A DNA stretch of 64,000 nt from Lytechinus pictus (Eukaryota), in assembly GCF_037042905.1 (NCBI RefSeq), contig NC_087251.1:47432001-47496000 (forward strand), in the 5' to 3' direction. Shown in pieces: positions 28,431 to 42,118 of this stretch. The first letter of the stretch is position 1. Each line of letters opens with the position of its first letter. A program made the translations under genes and the position numbers. The notes under the pieces are model-generated. The model was not told the DNA's origin, ran no database searches, and worked only from the letters and a program-made list of their open reading frames with translations.

Positions 28431-28619
28431 CCCCCCCCCCCGGTGAGTGTTTAATAAAGCCATTTGTAAGTTACGAGCAACTTCACGATGACTGGTGATC
28501 CTTTCTTGTGGTAAATCATATATTTAGCGCACAAGAAATAATTACCGGTCGTTCGTAAGTTACAAAGAAATTTATGAAACACCTACTGTACCTGTACATG
28601 TATTGTGAAGCCTACTTAC

Positions 28620-28755
28620 CTGTAGGTATGAGGCTACAGGAGTGAGTTGCTCTCGGTGAAGCACCTCCCGTCTTCCACTCACAGGTAGGTACAGTGACCG
28701 GTGGCCACTTCTGGTAAAGCGTTGTGCTACAATGCGCCGTCGTGGTGACTGTCAG
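28620..28755 (-). other. Probable non-coding 5'UTR exon of AMPK beta
   Basis: GC-richer 136-nt island bounded by CTTTTCTCTCTTAACTTATCCACCGTAG| and CAG|GTAAGT; contains no ATG. Confidence 0.6.
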
Positions 28756-31229
28756 CTACGGTGGATAAGTTAAGAGAGAAAAGATATATTTAAAATTAAC
28801 ATTTAAAAACATTGAGGGATTCTTAACCTTAAAGCCAGATCAAGAATATAATAATGTGCCCATCATCAAAGTTTTAACAAAATCAATTATTGACCTGTGA
28901 GACCTTTGACATTGTGACCCCAATATATGCAGTTGTACTCAAGGAAATCACCACCAAAAAAAAATCCATCATGAAAGTAAATAAATTTATACTATTAGTT
29001 AGTAATTTTCTCAAAAAGACGATAAAATCTGATTGCAATAAATGTACATGTAGCAATCAGATCACAAAAATCATTTATTTGCAATATTAAAATGGAACAT
29101 TGAATTCTTATAAAAAATCCAATAATATAACCTGCCGGTGTTTGAATGTACATGTGTAATTATCGTGCCAGAAACAAGTTAATTTTGTTCATAACAAGTA
29201 ATACCCATGGCCATACAATCGAGGAGCTCAGATATATCTTCTCCAAATGCACATACTGTATGTGATAATTCTGTTGCTTGTGTTTAGAGCTTTTAATACA
29301 TGTATGCCATGTTTAGTTCATGAATTCGACTAATATGTACAATGGTTTATTTGCCTATTAGAATTGAGGAATACATTGTAAATGTAGTGTATTCATTTTT
29401 TGGGATCTAGTTTATTACATGTAGCTGCTTGTGAATTAATGAACCGCAACAGTTTTAATCAAATTTGAATTGTTGCAATATCATGCATGCCTATTAGCTT
29501 TTAAAGGCAAGCTCCGTTTTCACGGAAAAATTGTAAAAATCAAACCCATTGCCTATTGGAACCCAATGTCCCTGTACAAAACCTCTGCAAATTACAGACT
29601 TCATTTAACAGGCTAAACCCGTCTCATCATGATTTGCATTTGGAAGAAACATAACTTCCCAAAATGTAAACAAATCTTGAACTAAACTTACTAAAGGGTG
29701 GCTAAAATCATACTAGCAAAAGTAGCATTCATATTTATTACATGTTCAGAAATCAGAATCTGTATCTCAAAGGATCATACAATACAATCTAACTTCCTTG
29801 TTTACTTCCACTTCCATATTACGAATATTAAAACAAGGTGTTACATTTCCTGCATGTTCATCAGTTCATGTACAGAAAATCTTAAGATGATTGCTGGGGA
29901 TGTCTGCATCGTTTAGATGAGATTCCTATCAAATGGTATTGCTAAATGAGGGTGATCAATAGACCAAATGAATTGAATTTCAAGTTCAAACTGCATTACT
30001 ACAGTCAGCTACAATTACAACTTGACCGATTTATTATTATTATTTATTTATTTGTTTATTTGTATCAAGCTGTCCTTATAAAAGTAGTTGATAGTTGTTT
30101 GGTTTTTGGCCTGCTCCAATGATCATCCATTGATTTTTTTTTACATTCAATTTAAGTTTGGCTCTGCCATGTGAAGATGACTGAATACATACATGCATCA
30201 TTTTATCAAATTTTATAGAAAAAGGGAGGTTAGCACCGGGAGAGGTGTGGGGGTGGGTGGAAAATAAGTCTCAATTTCATCATCTCAAAAAAATACTTTT
30301 CAAGCAAATGGGGGGAAAATACTGAATCTGAAAGTGATCAAACACACTGTCAGATTATCTGCCTTGAGACTTGAGTAGAAAGAAATGTGTGCAAGTTCTG
30401 AACACATGTCAACCGTGAATTCCAGAAAAACTCTGTTTGAAGTGAGTGCAACAGAAGACCCCATCGGTCAGTTCTGACCCAAGCTTTGAAAGTCATATTC
30501 CCAACATCATGCTGCGTAATCCCCAAGTCGTCCTATTCAATCTTTGCAATTTGCAAACAAACTGACTCTCAAGAACTTCACACATGTACAATTACGACAA
30601 GTACATCAAGAGCTAAGGCACTTTTTTTCATATTGGGTGCTTCCATATACACTCACATACTGAGTATTTCTGGAATTCTCTGATTGGGAAATTTGCCCAG
30701 ATCTACCCCGATAACCAAATACCAGTATTTTTACCAGTGTGACTGTAAATTACATTTAATATTCACAAAAAAATACCTACATGTATGTAGTAATGTTCCA
30801 AAATTATGAGCACTTTCAAAAGGACTTTTCCAATATCGAGAACTTTCCCTTAAAATGGTCGGTTTGGGTTTTATGAATGCGCAAATTAATTTTCAGATAA
30901 TATGACACTCAATCATGAAAGAAATATTAGATGCTTATAGATCTGAACAAGTTCTTATAAAATGATGAGTATTCTGGTAATAGAATCAGTTTGAAAACAC
31001 TTACATGTACATGTACATGTACATGTAAGATCTCTAATTTGATTCTTGTTAATTTTTCATCTTGATGACAAAAAAAACCTTTTTAGTCTAGGATCTGTCT
31101 TAGCAACAAATTTTTGTACAAATTATTTTTTAAGGTCCAACACAAACTAGACTTGAGCTTTCAAATGATATACTAAAAAAACAAAAATGATACACTGCTT
31201 GCTAATAATATATTTTTTTTCAAACAAAC

Positions 31230-31311
31230 CTTGAGATTCTTTCTGTCAGGAACTGCCGATCAAAGGCTCAGCTTTACATCAATCCGATGCTTGGATTAAG
31301 ATCCAGAATAT
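31230..31311 (-). other. Possible non-coding 5'UTR exon of AMPK beta
   Basis: GATTTGTTTCCAG| 82 nt AAG|GTTTGT; contains ATGTAA. Confidence 0.4.
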
Positions 31312-32221
31312 CTGGAAACAAATCAATCATAAATAAGACATATCAATCATAAATAAAACATAAATACTCAGTGAGTCATAAATAAATCAAACATGAATAC
31401 AAAGAAAATATATAAAGAAATATGAATATGAAACACTTATTCTCAACACTACACTAGATAATTGGGAACATTATTGGTGTAGCATGTAATGCCAGCACAT
31501 ACATGTAAAGGAGTATTTTTGGTTAAAACCTTGATTGCTTCGAAAAAATCCAGCAATATACCATACTAAGTCATGGTTTGCAACTTTCTTTATACTCTGC
31601 TGTAGCACAATAAACTCTGCAGATATTTTGGCATTATGCTCTCACAAGGGGCCCGTAACACAAAGCTTAGCAATAACTGGAGAAGAAATTATTTATGATT
31701 GACTGCATTGGGCACAATGTACAATCAATCATGAAAATCAAGCGTACGATCAATTGCTAACATTAACATTTGTGTTACGGGACTTAGGAGAGGATTTCAT
31801 AATGGCTGTTAAATGAATATACTGTTATTTCAGAATAATTTCAAAGATAGGCTGAGATTTTCACTTTTTGTAAGTATTCAGTAAATTGTACCTCTTAGTA
31901 CTAAACAAAATTGGATTAAAAAAAACCTGGTACCGTGCGCTCGATGGATTATATGTCTTATAGACCCTACATAATTACAAGTTTGGTTTAAATAGTGACG
32001 ATGATAATATTGACATATTAGAAATACTACTAAACAATAATATATTATTTGTAACAGTGAAATTTGCGGGACAGGTACTAGTATTTAATACTTGCTTCAC
32101 ATTTGTTTCCCTTTTACATGTATACTTCCACAATCTACACATCCATTGTCTTGATCTCATACTTCATTCCATCTCAACAATCCCCATACATCTCTGGCAT
32201 AGCAACATCAATCATGACACC

Positions 32222-32496
32222 AGGGCCCCGTCTTACAAAGAGTTACGATTGATCCAATCAATCGTAACTCTATGGAAATCCATCAGGGTCACAATTTTTT
32301 CTACACTAAATTTGCAAAATGCCTTTTTTAATCAAAGGAGAACACACCAAATTGTCAAGAAATCAATGAATTTATGGATATACATTCATAACTAGAATTT
32401 TTTTTGAACAAACATGCATTTTATATGTTGACTTTGCTGGCTTTCCATAGTTACAATTGATCAGATCAATCACAACTCTTTGTAAGACCGGCCCCA
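32222..32496. mobile_element. MITE family (GGCCCCGTCTTACAAAGAGTT TIR); other copies at ~10446 and 34222-34757 (the latter with an internal duplication)
   Basis: Inverted termini and a shared internal sequence across three copies. Confidence 0.75.
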
Positions 32497-32639
32497 GGTT
32501 CATTCCATTCCATTCACTCATTCATTTCCGTTACATTTCCCCTTTGTCATGCTTCTTATTTTTTCCCATCCCATTTGCCCTCCACATGGTCTCATCGTTT
32601 AATTCTCTGATTCAACTCATGATAGCCTTCTGTAGGCTT

Positions 32640-33463
32640 GGGCTGCGTTTATGCGACCTCAAGCCAGAATCATGATTTGAATCATGATTTGAATCATGAT
32701 TCAAAACACAAACATGAATCACAATATCACAGAATCAGCGTTTAGACGACCTTCATTCCAATGCTGTTTCTCCTCAGATTCGGGCCAATCCAGTGCGCAT
32801 CACTAGTGCGCAGTTTGACAGAGGAAGTTTTTCGCACGTGTTTCGGCTCTCGAAAAATCTTTTGCTTCCAGAATTCAGTCTATACCTCATTTTGTTTACT
32901 TCTATCATATAGGGTCCATATGCTTCTATTCATCTTGTTAGTTTATCCAAAATGGTGTTCGGAAGTGAATTTCAGCGTAGATCCAATTTAATATTGATAC
33001 TGTATACTCAACAACAACTGAGATCATTGTCTGTCCAGTTAATTCATTTACTAGAACTTGAAGTTGAAGACATGACCAAAAAATGAAAAGTAGTGGACGA
33101 TGGGATGACCAACACAGAACTTGAACGTGACAAGAAATGCATGCGTAGTACATAATCATGTACATACAATGAGCATATAGAGCGCCTTGAGCTTGGCAAG
33201 AGTCGAACCGAAAGTAGCCCGACACAACAGTGAGGTCATAGAATCATGATTGTAATCACGATATCGTTTAGTCGAACATTTTCGTACGTGATTCTGCAGA
33301 AACGTCTTTCCAAACGCCCTTTTTTTCGTGTTTCATGTTTGTGATTCTAATCATGATTATATTCAATTTCGACTAAACGCAATCGTGATTCTGCAGAATC
33401 ATGATTTGAATCATGATTCAGATCATGATTCTAGCGTAAAAAAGTGGCGGATAAACGCACCCC
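32640..33463. mobile_element. Non-autonomous TIR element with AATCATGATT subterminal repeats
   Basis: GGCTGCGTTTAT... ...ATAAACGCACCC; (GAATCATGATTT)n at both ends. Confidence 0.65.
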
Positions 33464-34911
33464 AAGTTTAAAGGTCAAACCCACCCCAGAAAAAAATGTT
33501 GCTTTGAATAAATAGAGAAAAATCAAACTAGCATAACGCTGAAAATTTCATCAAAATCGGATACGAAATATGAAAGTTATGACATTTTAAAGTTTCGCTT
33601 ATTTTTCACAAAACAGTGATATGCACAACTCAGTGGCATGCAAATGAGACAATTGATGATGTCCCTCACTATTCATTTTGTTTATAATGTTTGAATCATA
33701 CAAAATTTCATCTTTTACAGATTTGACAATAAGGACCAACTTGACTGAACCATAAAGTATTAAACAATGTTAATTCCACATGTTCAGGGAGGAATTACAT
33801 GTACCGTAATCATTGTTTCACTTGATAATGAGAAAACTAAAATATTTCATATTACATATAAAAAATACCAAAGAAATAGTGAGTGGGTGACGCCATCAGT
33901 CTCCTCATTTGTATATCGAACAGGATGTGCATGTACTGTTTGTGAAATTAAGCGAAAATGTCATAACTTTTTCGTTTTACATCCAGTTTTGATGAAATTT
34001 TCAGTGTAATGCTTGTTGGATTTTTCTCTTTTTATTCAAAGAAACTTTTGTTTGGGTGGATTTGTCCTTCAATTGTTTCTTATTTATGAATAGGGTTTGT
34101 TAATTTTGTGGACCATAGTCAAAATACCATTTCCTTATATCTGATTGGTTAATTGATAAAATATTAAATGTGGGTGCATTGTCCCAAGTGATATTATTGA
34201 AAAAGACAAGTCAGCGTTGACCAGGCCCCGTCTTACAAAGATTTACGATTGATCCGATTAATCGCAACTATGGAAAGCCAGCAAAGTCAACCTATAAAAT
34301 GCTTGTTTGTTCAAAAAAATTTATAGATATAAATGTATATCCATAAATTCATTGATTTCTTGACAATTTGGTGTTCTCTCCTTTGTTTACAAAGGACATT
34401 TTGCAAATTTCCAATTGGCCTATATAAAAAATTGAAATAATGAAAATTAAAAAAAAAAAAAAATTATGACACAAATGGATTTCCATAGAGTTACGATCGA
34501 TCAGATCACATGCAACTATGGAAAGCCACAAAGTCAACATGAGAAATGCATGTTTGTTCAAAACAGAATTCTAGATATGAATGTATATCCATACAGTCAT
34601 CGATTTCTTGACAATTTGGCGTGTTTTCCTTTGTTTACAAAGGACAATTTGCAAATTTCCTGTAGAAAAAAATTGTGACATTGATGGATTTCCATAGAGT
34701 TACGATTGATTGGATCAATCGTGGATCAATCGTTACTCTTTGTAAGACGGGGCCCCTGGACTTCATCTTGTTCTAATCTTAGTTATTATATGTTCACCCT
34801 TCTTCAGTTTAAATTAATTTATGTTGATACAGGTAGGAGAGCATTTTTTATTGGAACAAGAAAGCAAAGGAGACTGGAAAAAGTTATTTTGAGAGTGTTA
34901 CCAGTTGTTGA

Positions 34912-35157
34912 TTAATGATGATACATGATGATTGTTGAAGATGATGATGATGAAGATGATGATTGATACATAATTGGTAATGTTTGAAGATGATTGATGA
35001 CTAATGATGATGATGATTGATGTTGATGATTGATGGATGATAACGGTGATTGATGAGTGATGATTGAACTTTGAAGATTGCTGGTTGAAGATTGAAAATA
35101 ATGATGAAGATACCAATAATTAATGATACTTGATGATGACAATACAATTATGATGGT
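34912..35157 (+). repeat. Degenerate (GAT)n microsatellite
   Basis: gatgatgatgaagatgat pattern. Confidence 0.8.
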
Positions 35158-36151
35158 GGGCCCTAAGTCTGCGCACCTAACAATTTGAGTTAAGATTTAA
35201 CATGAATTTCTTCTTATTTCACAAAATCTTTTGGATAATAATGTTCCTTATATTATTGAGAGTAAGTATACCAAATTTCTCATTAAAAAATGAAAGAAAA
35301 TATAGGATTTTCTTGAAAAAACCTCGGGCAGTCATTTTCAGATTGAAAAAAAAAATGGTACCCCATGTCTGCGCACTCATTCACTTTGCACACGATTCGG
35401 GGATTTTGATGAGAAAGGCTGTATTTTGAGGCCGTCACATGAAATGCCCTGAATTCATTCTTTTTTCACCATTTTGAGTCGGATTTTTTTATAAATACCT
35501 GTCTATGTATTGCATGTGTAAAGTTCGTGCTCGTTGCGTATCTTCTTTTACTAGAATCGCGCAGATACGCGGGTGCGCAGACTTGGGAGACCGCGCAGAC
35601 ATGGGGGAACTGACCATACAATACTTGATGACTCATGATTATTGCCATTGGTAGGCCCTACTGATGTTTTATCATGACAAACAAGACAATTATTATTATA
35701 AAAAAAAAAAAAATACCTTTCAGGAGAGAGAATAGGCCTGAAACAAAGAGAGGGATTATCATTCAGACATCATCAAAAGGAAGACAGACAGACAAGTAGA
35801 TTCGAGAATCAACAGGGACACGATACTAGATCTAGTCAATATGACAATACTGTTACTAATTTTCTAGTCTAAATAAATGTTTGGTCCAATCTAAATCACA
35901 GTAATAAACAATAACAGAGATAATCATGATTATCTCTATTGGTATTTACCAGCCCAATTCTCTGACTCTGTTTCATGCATGGTTTTTATTTAATTTTTGC
36001 CTTTGCTCCAGTTAAAAGTTAGTTCATCAGTTTATCATGTTCAACTTTCGCGTTGACAATGGTCAATGTTACTTGTTAATGTTAGACTTAGTCTTAGAGA
36101 CATCGATCCATTTTCATTCTTATTTTTAACAATAAACACCTTATGACTCAC

Positions 36152-37060
36152 CTTTGTCAAATTTTGTGATCTATAGATGTACCTGTGAAGTGTAATCTGG
36201 AGCTTTTACTTATCAATGTCGATTTCCAAATCTTCGAAAACAACACATAAGTTAGGCTCACAGTCAGAGTCACTCACTCAGCTCAGCCTCAGACAAGTCT
36301 CGACTCGTGGCAGAATGTTTCAAATAACTCTACCTTAACGTTAGATCTATAGAATAATACCTGAATTCCTCTAAAATACTAAACTATAGCTGGATGACTG
36401 CAAAGTCAAATTTCATTCTACGGCGCCATAGTTGGTAATAAACAAACGAAGAAACGTGGTCCTCACAGATCAGAAATAAAACTTAGTCGCATTCCAAAGC
36501 CTAGTGCAATTTGCCCATATTGCACGTAGCATGCGCTAGCTATTTGCTCGTGACCCGATGACAACAAAAATGGCGGAACGTATGGGTTCTTTTACTTGTT
36601 CCAGGAGTGTAAGATCCCACGTTATTTTTATCTGATGAATTATACACTAGCCTATACGAATTGATAAATATTGTATATTTGATATATAGTGGTTGATTAT
36701 TTTAATCGAAATTATACGATCTATTAGGAATATTTAAGAGAATTCCTCGAATATCCCTATTAATTTTACCCTTTGAGCGAATGATAGAATCCATTTACTG
36801 ACCTATATACCAGATAGGTCAAAGTACCCCTGGACAAGAATTATTCATACACAAAGCCGCTTTATTTACAAACAAAAATTGGGGAGGGGCCGCTGCGTGG
36901 GATCGTATCTTCCGCGTTACAGTATTCGATACGTTCGGGCACGTGGGCTAATTCAGGCGGGGGAAATTTGTAGGCGCTGTCGCTGTCGCTATCACTTGTG
37001 GAAGCGGGGAAGAGATGGATTGACGGGGGTGGTCGATATTTTCACTATAACCTACGCTGT
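36152..37060 (-). promoter_or_regulatory. Probable promoter and first exon region of AMPK beta
   Basis: Strong donor AAG|GTGAGT at 36151; local CpG enrichment at 36400-37050; NRF1-like GCATGCGC at 36529; YY1-like AAAATGGCGG at ~36567. Confidence 0.45.
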
Positions 37061-37182
37061 TTTGAAGGGACAACTAATCCAAATAAACTTGAAAAAATAT
37101 ATATATATTTTTGTATTGTCGATCCCGAGCTCGATCCGTCCTGAGTTAGTTCAAAGACCTAAGCTAAAACCATGGAGCTACC

Positions 37183-37515
37183 CAGTGGCGTACCTAGGAT
37201 TTTCCACAGGGGGGGAAAATCGGCCGCCAAAAAATTTGACAAGCAAAAAAAAAAAAAAAAAAAGGTCTTCAATAAAAAAATTTAGGTTCTCGTACCATAA
37301 AATAATTTGACAAGCAAAAAAAAAAAAAAAAAAAAAAGGTCTTCAGGCTCTCTTCAGGGGGGGCATTAAAGGTCTTCAAGTTCGTCAGGGGGGGCAAGAA
37401 AGGTCTTTTAAGCTCGTCAGGGGGGGCAGGTATATTTCTTTTGTATGGGTTGTGGCTCGTCAGGGGGGGGGGCAGAGTGCCCCCTCTGCCCCCCCCCCCC
37501 GTAGGTACGCTAGTG
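37183..37515. mobile_element. hAT-like MITE with an 8-bp target-site duplication
   Basis: GAGCTACC|CAGTGGCGTACCTA ... TAGGTACGCTAGTG|GAGCTACC. Confidence 0.85.
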
Positions 37516-37672
37516 GAGCTACCACATCAGACGTACCCGGGGACTCGAAGTAAGTTACGATTACGTCATCATGCCGACATGCGAATTGTGCCACGCCCAT
37601 GCACGGACACACCCTCTCCGTACCATGTGTATAGCCTAAATATTCTTGGAAGATATGTGGGCCGTTTAAAAG

Positions 37673-39034
37673 TACGGAGCCTTTAAAGTGCCATCGACTT
37701 GACGACTTGGCGAGATACTATATCTTGCCATGTCGACATAATAACCTTATTATGTCGACATGGCGAGATACGTTATCTTACCAAATCGACTTATAAAAAG
37801 TTATGTGTCGACATGGCGAGATACATTATGTCGCCAAGTCGACTTATAAAAGGTTATATGTCGACATGGCGAGATAACTTATCTTGCCAAGTTGACTTAT
37901 GAAAATTTATATGTCAACATGGCGAGATATTTGATCTAGCCAAGTCGACTTATAAAAAGTTATATGTCAACTTGGCGAGATATTTGGACTCTCGCCGGGC
38001 CTTAGACACTTCATATCTCGCCATGTTGACATATAATGTTCTATAAGTCAACTTGGCAAGATAACATATCTCGCCATATCGACACATAAATTTTTATAAG
38101 TCGACTTGGCGAGATAACGCATCTCGCCATGTCGACATATAACTTTTTGTAAGTCGACTTGGCGAGATCTCGCCATGTCGGTATATAACTTTTAATAAGT
38201 CGACTTGGCAGACAAAAGAAAGTAAGAGAAAATGAAAGGAAGGAGAAAAAAAAGAAGAATGGAAGGAAGAGGAGAAGAAATGAATGGAAAAAGAATAAAG
38301 ATGAAGAAATGGAAGAAAGGGAAAAAAATGTGTATATGCATGTGTGTATATATATATATATATCTTGTTTACTAACACCATCTCCATGTCCATCTAACTT
38401 ACAACCTTGATTTAACAATGCACCATTTCATTTATTAAAGCCCTCATTTTGGATGCCCCCATAAATTTCGAATCATCCGAACCTCCCCATATCAAATTTT
38501 TTTTTTCTTTACAAAACAAAACGGACATACATGTATTTGATTGGTATATGCGAGATAATTTCACGGGAAAAGACTCTTTAACAGTTTATTTCTATATTTC
38601 TTTTCCGAGTTTCAAGACTATAGAGTATCCCAAAGGGAGCCCCCTGTCTACACCGGAGAGACAGGACGATGTCTGGACGGTGTCGTAAGAAGGGACGGGA
38701 TCATGCGGTAACCTGCAAGATACGATAGTCTTTATAATTATAATAATAATAATTTCAGCAGCTTCTTTTTGCCAATAATAATAATTAGAAGAAAAAAACA
38801 AAGAAAGGAGAGGAACGATTTTAAAGGAAACGTCGAAGAAAAGAAAGAAAATAATAGTTGGCCTAATGAGTTGGCGGTAATAGTCAAATATGACTGGTCG
38901 CCATTAATTTCCAACAAACAACAAACAACGATAACGTATCTCGACATGTCGACATAATAAGGTTATTATGTCGACATGGCAAGATAAAGTATCTCGCCAA
39001 GTCGTCAAGTCGATGGCACTTTAAAGGCTCTGTA
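37673..39034. mobile_element. Foldback-like element with long TIRs and ~44-bp internal tandem units (GTCGACATGGCGAGATA...)
   Basis: 37677 GAGCCTTTAAAGTGCCATCGACTTGACGACTTGGCGAGATACT is the inverse of 38988-39030; unit arrays run forward at 37700-37985 and reverse at 38010-38210. Confidence 0.8.
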
Positions 39035-39332
39035 TAAAAGAGATACTACGACTATTGCAACTTTGGCATTTATATGGCAACTACTAGTATCATTTCGTAA
39101 CAGTGCTCATAAACATTAACCAATCAAGTTTTCCACGGTAGTTTAAAATAATGGCAACTTTACAGCAGTTGTAAGCTTTACAAACGAGCCCCGGGCCAAA
39201 CAATGAAGAATCTGTTTCCCTAATCATGAAGGAATTGAATCCAGAAAATCGGATATGAGGAAGGAAATTTAGAACATTTTTTCTTTTCTCTTATTTTCAC
39301 AAATAGTGGTATGCACATCCCGGCCAGTATGC

Positions 39333-40718
39333 CATAGGCGGATCCAGGAGGGGGGGGGGGGCCGAAAAAAAAGGGGAAAAAAAATTAAGGGAAAAGAGAG
39401 GGGAAAAAGAAGAGAAAAAAAAGAGGAGGAAGACGAATGAATGAAATAATGTAAGGGGAAGACTTCGAGCTCGCATTGCATATTCGATTAGATATATCAT
39501 CTTGCTCGATAAAAAAGGCTGATATGGAGCTTAAAATATCAAGTTCTGAAGTCAATATACAAAACAGATTTCAGCTTGGACATCGAGCTTTATTACATCA
39601 ATAATAAGATTATAGTATTTTCATGAATTTGTAATAATAAAATTGTCCCCTCTTCAGAAGGGAATATCGACAAGCATTATCCCGCACTTAGGAAGAGGAA
39701 TTGGAAGATAGTCATCATTTTTCATATTATGTCCTTAGAATAACCCGGTCCTAGGTCAAAATGATAATAATAATAAGATCTCATAAAAATACCAACCCAC
39801 GCTTTGCCTCGAAATCCACTTCACAATTTTCCTACACAGTGATTGAATTAGTGCTCAAATTGACCCCATTTCAGATCGGAATATTAAATATTTTCAGCTC
39901 GCGCTTCGCGCACTCATTATTTGTTTTCATTATTAAAAAGATGTATTTAGAATGCCCAGATTCTAAATTTAACTCTAAAACACGCGATTCGCAGCTTGTT
40001 CTTTATTTAAAACATGCTTAAATTCCTCAATTATAGATCAGAACATCAAAATATTTCTGCGCGCGCTTCGCGCTCGTATTATCAATATAGGAACATACCC
40101 AATTAACCATCATTTTCATGATTTACAAAACATGTATATAATGTCTCGCCTTTAGGTCTAACTCTCATCTTTTTCCCGCTCACGCTTCGCGCTCGCATAG
40201 TTCTTGATTGCAAGAAGTGCTTAGAATGTCCATTTTTTAGGTCGGGATGTCATAAATTTTTAGCTCGAGCTTTGCGCTAGCATTATTTGATTGTTGAAAT
40301 ATGTATCGTATTCATGGCTAACTGAAAACAGTCCTTAACAGGTCCCTTTTCGATCAGACCAGAACGTAGGCCAATATGAAAAATTTCTGCTTGCGCTTCG
40401 CGCTCGCAGAAATTAGCCTATATAGTTATGTACGCATCTTTTGTTCAGGATCACAAACATTGCCAAGAATGTTCAATTTTCAGGACAAAATACATGAAAT
40501 TTCAAAAAAAAAAAAAAAAAAAAAAAAATCGCTTGCACTATTCAAATAGGGCTTATGAGATTAGTATATATCTATGTTGTTTAAATAGCTAAGAAGTGAC
40601 TGTTTAGACTACCTCTACAAAAAAAAAAAACAATTTCAAGCGGCCAATAGGGGAAAATATGACTGAAAAAAAAACATTTCGCCCCACCCCCTATTGGTGA
40701 AGGATGGATCCGCCCCTG
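39333..40718. mobile_element. TIR element (GGCGGATCC termini) with internal GCGCTTCGCGCTCG repeats, inserted into a MITE fragment
   Basis: CATAGGCGGATCCA ... TGGATCCGCCCCTG; TATGC on both flanks. Confidence 0.7.
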
Positions 40719-41558
40719 TATGCCAATGAGTGAGTCAATACAATGATAATATGTTACACACTGCTTCTTTGTGAGGTGGAAATTTGCATTTTATATAAAC
40801 TTGATGACAAAACGAATCTAAATACAATTCTTATTCTCTGTATCACTGGTTTGGGGGGAATCGAATGATTAAAAAAAGTGATCTTATCAGAAGTTTAGAT
40901 GGTTTGCACGTGTATCCTCTCTTTTACTGTCCTTTAACTCTTCCATTTATGACAGTATATCTAGTGAGGTACAGATATTGTTTGCAATTTTGAAAAAAAT
41001 GATTGAAATATTCAATTTTCAGGTCAGAATATCAAAAATTTGATGCACTTTCTCGCTCGCATTATCCTTTTCATGAATTCCTTAATAAACGTACTAAATT
41101 CATCTTTTTCATGTTATTTTATTTAAAAAAAAATCGCGCTTGACGCTTGTACCATTTATTCAGTCCATATGAAACTATCTTAGTTTGTAAAAAAAAGGTA
41201 ACATCCTCACCTTTTAAAAATATTTTTTAGGGAGCTCAAGGTGTGTGTGGGGGGGAAGGCTACCCCCTCGTACCAGACCCGCCCTGCTTATATGATCTCA
41301 TATAAGCTATCGTGTCGCCGTTTGCAGCTTCACAGCAAAGAAAATAAAGCAGCTACAGAAAGTTGCATGATTGATCAGGCCTACCCGCTCTTCGTATTCA
41401 TCTTTACTAGTAAACCTTTATTAAACACAAATATATTACCCGATGAGTTAATATTTCTGGAAACCGCTGTTTACCTTCAAGTTACATGCACATTCCTGAA
41501 TATTTAAGCTCTTATTTACCCCGGTATTTACCATACCTCATATTGTATCCATCGAAAG

Positions 41559-42118
41559 CCCCATTCCACGGAGAGCAAGATCTCTGAAAGACTGAAGTAA
41601 GACCATGAAATTTGTTTAATCTTTCAAAGATCTTTCAGTGAATTTTTAAAGATATCCGAGGTTTTTTACGATCTTTCAGTGGTCTTCGTGAAACGGTTCA
41701 AAACAGTGTTTCAGCGGTCTTTCAAGAAAAGGGTATTTTGGTGGTCTTTCAGCGGTCTTTCGATGAACTTTCAAAGTTCTTATTCGTATTTCCATGATCT
41801 TTCGACAGTCTCTCAAGATTTTTGCGGAGATCACTGCAAGACTCATAAGAGATTATTGAAAGATCATTCAAAGACCAGGCAAAGTCCATGGAATGAATTC
41901 TGAAAGATCCCTTGTTGCAGAAAAAAATCTCTGATTGAAAAATATCTAGAAGACAAGCCTAAGCCCAGTACCAATCACTTTTTGGAGCTCTTTGAGGGGT
42001 CTTTCTGAGCCATTTCACAGGGATGACAAATTTCAGTGATCTTGGAGACTATTGTAAGACTTTGCCAATTTTTGGTCTTTGAAAGGTCCTTCAAAGGACT
42101 CCCCTCTGTGGAATGGGG
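41559..42118. mobile_element. Non-autonomous TIR element
   Basis: CCCCATTCCACGGAG ... CTCTGTGGAATGGGG. Confidence 0.65.

Noticed and set aside
31003..31026. (ACATGT)n run and many scattered ACATGTAC motifs
   Set aside because: Dispersed simple motif throughout the window with no positional pattern.
36879..37310. 143-aa plus-strand ORF
   Set aside because: TTG start, runs through a MITE and poly-A tracts, no coding signature.
37700..38210. Regularly spaced repeats superficially like a CRISPR array
   Set aside because: Eukaryotic context, no unique spacers; these are tandem units inside a TIR element.
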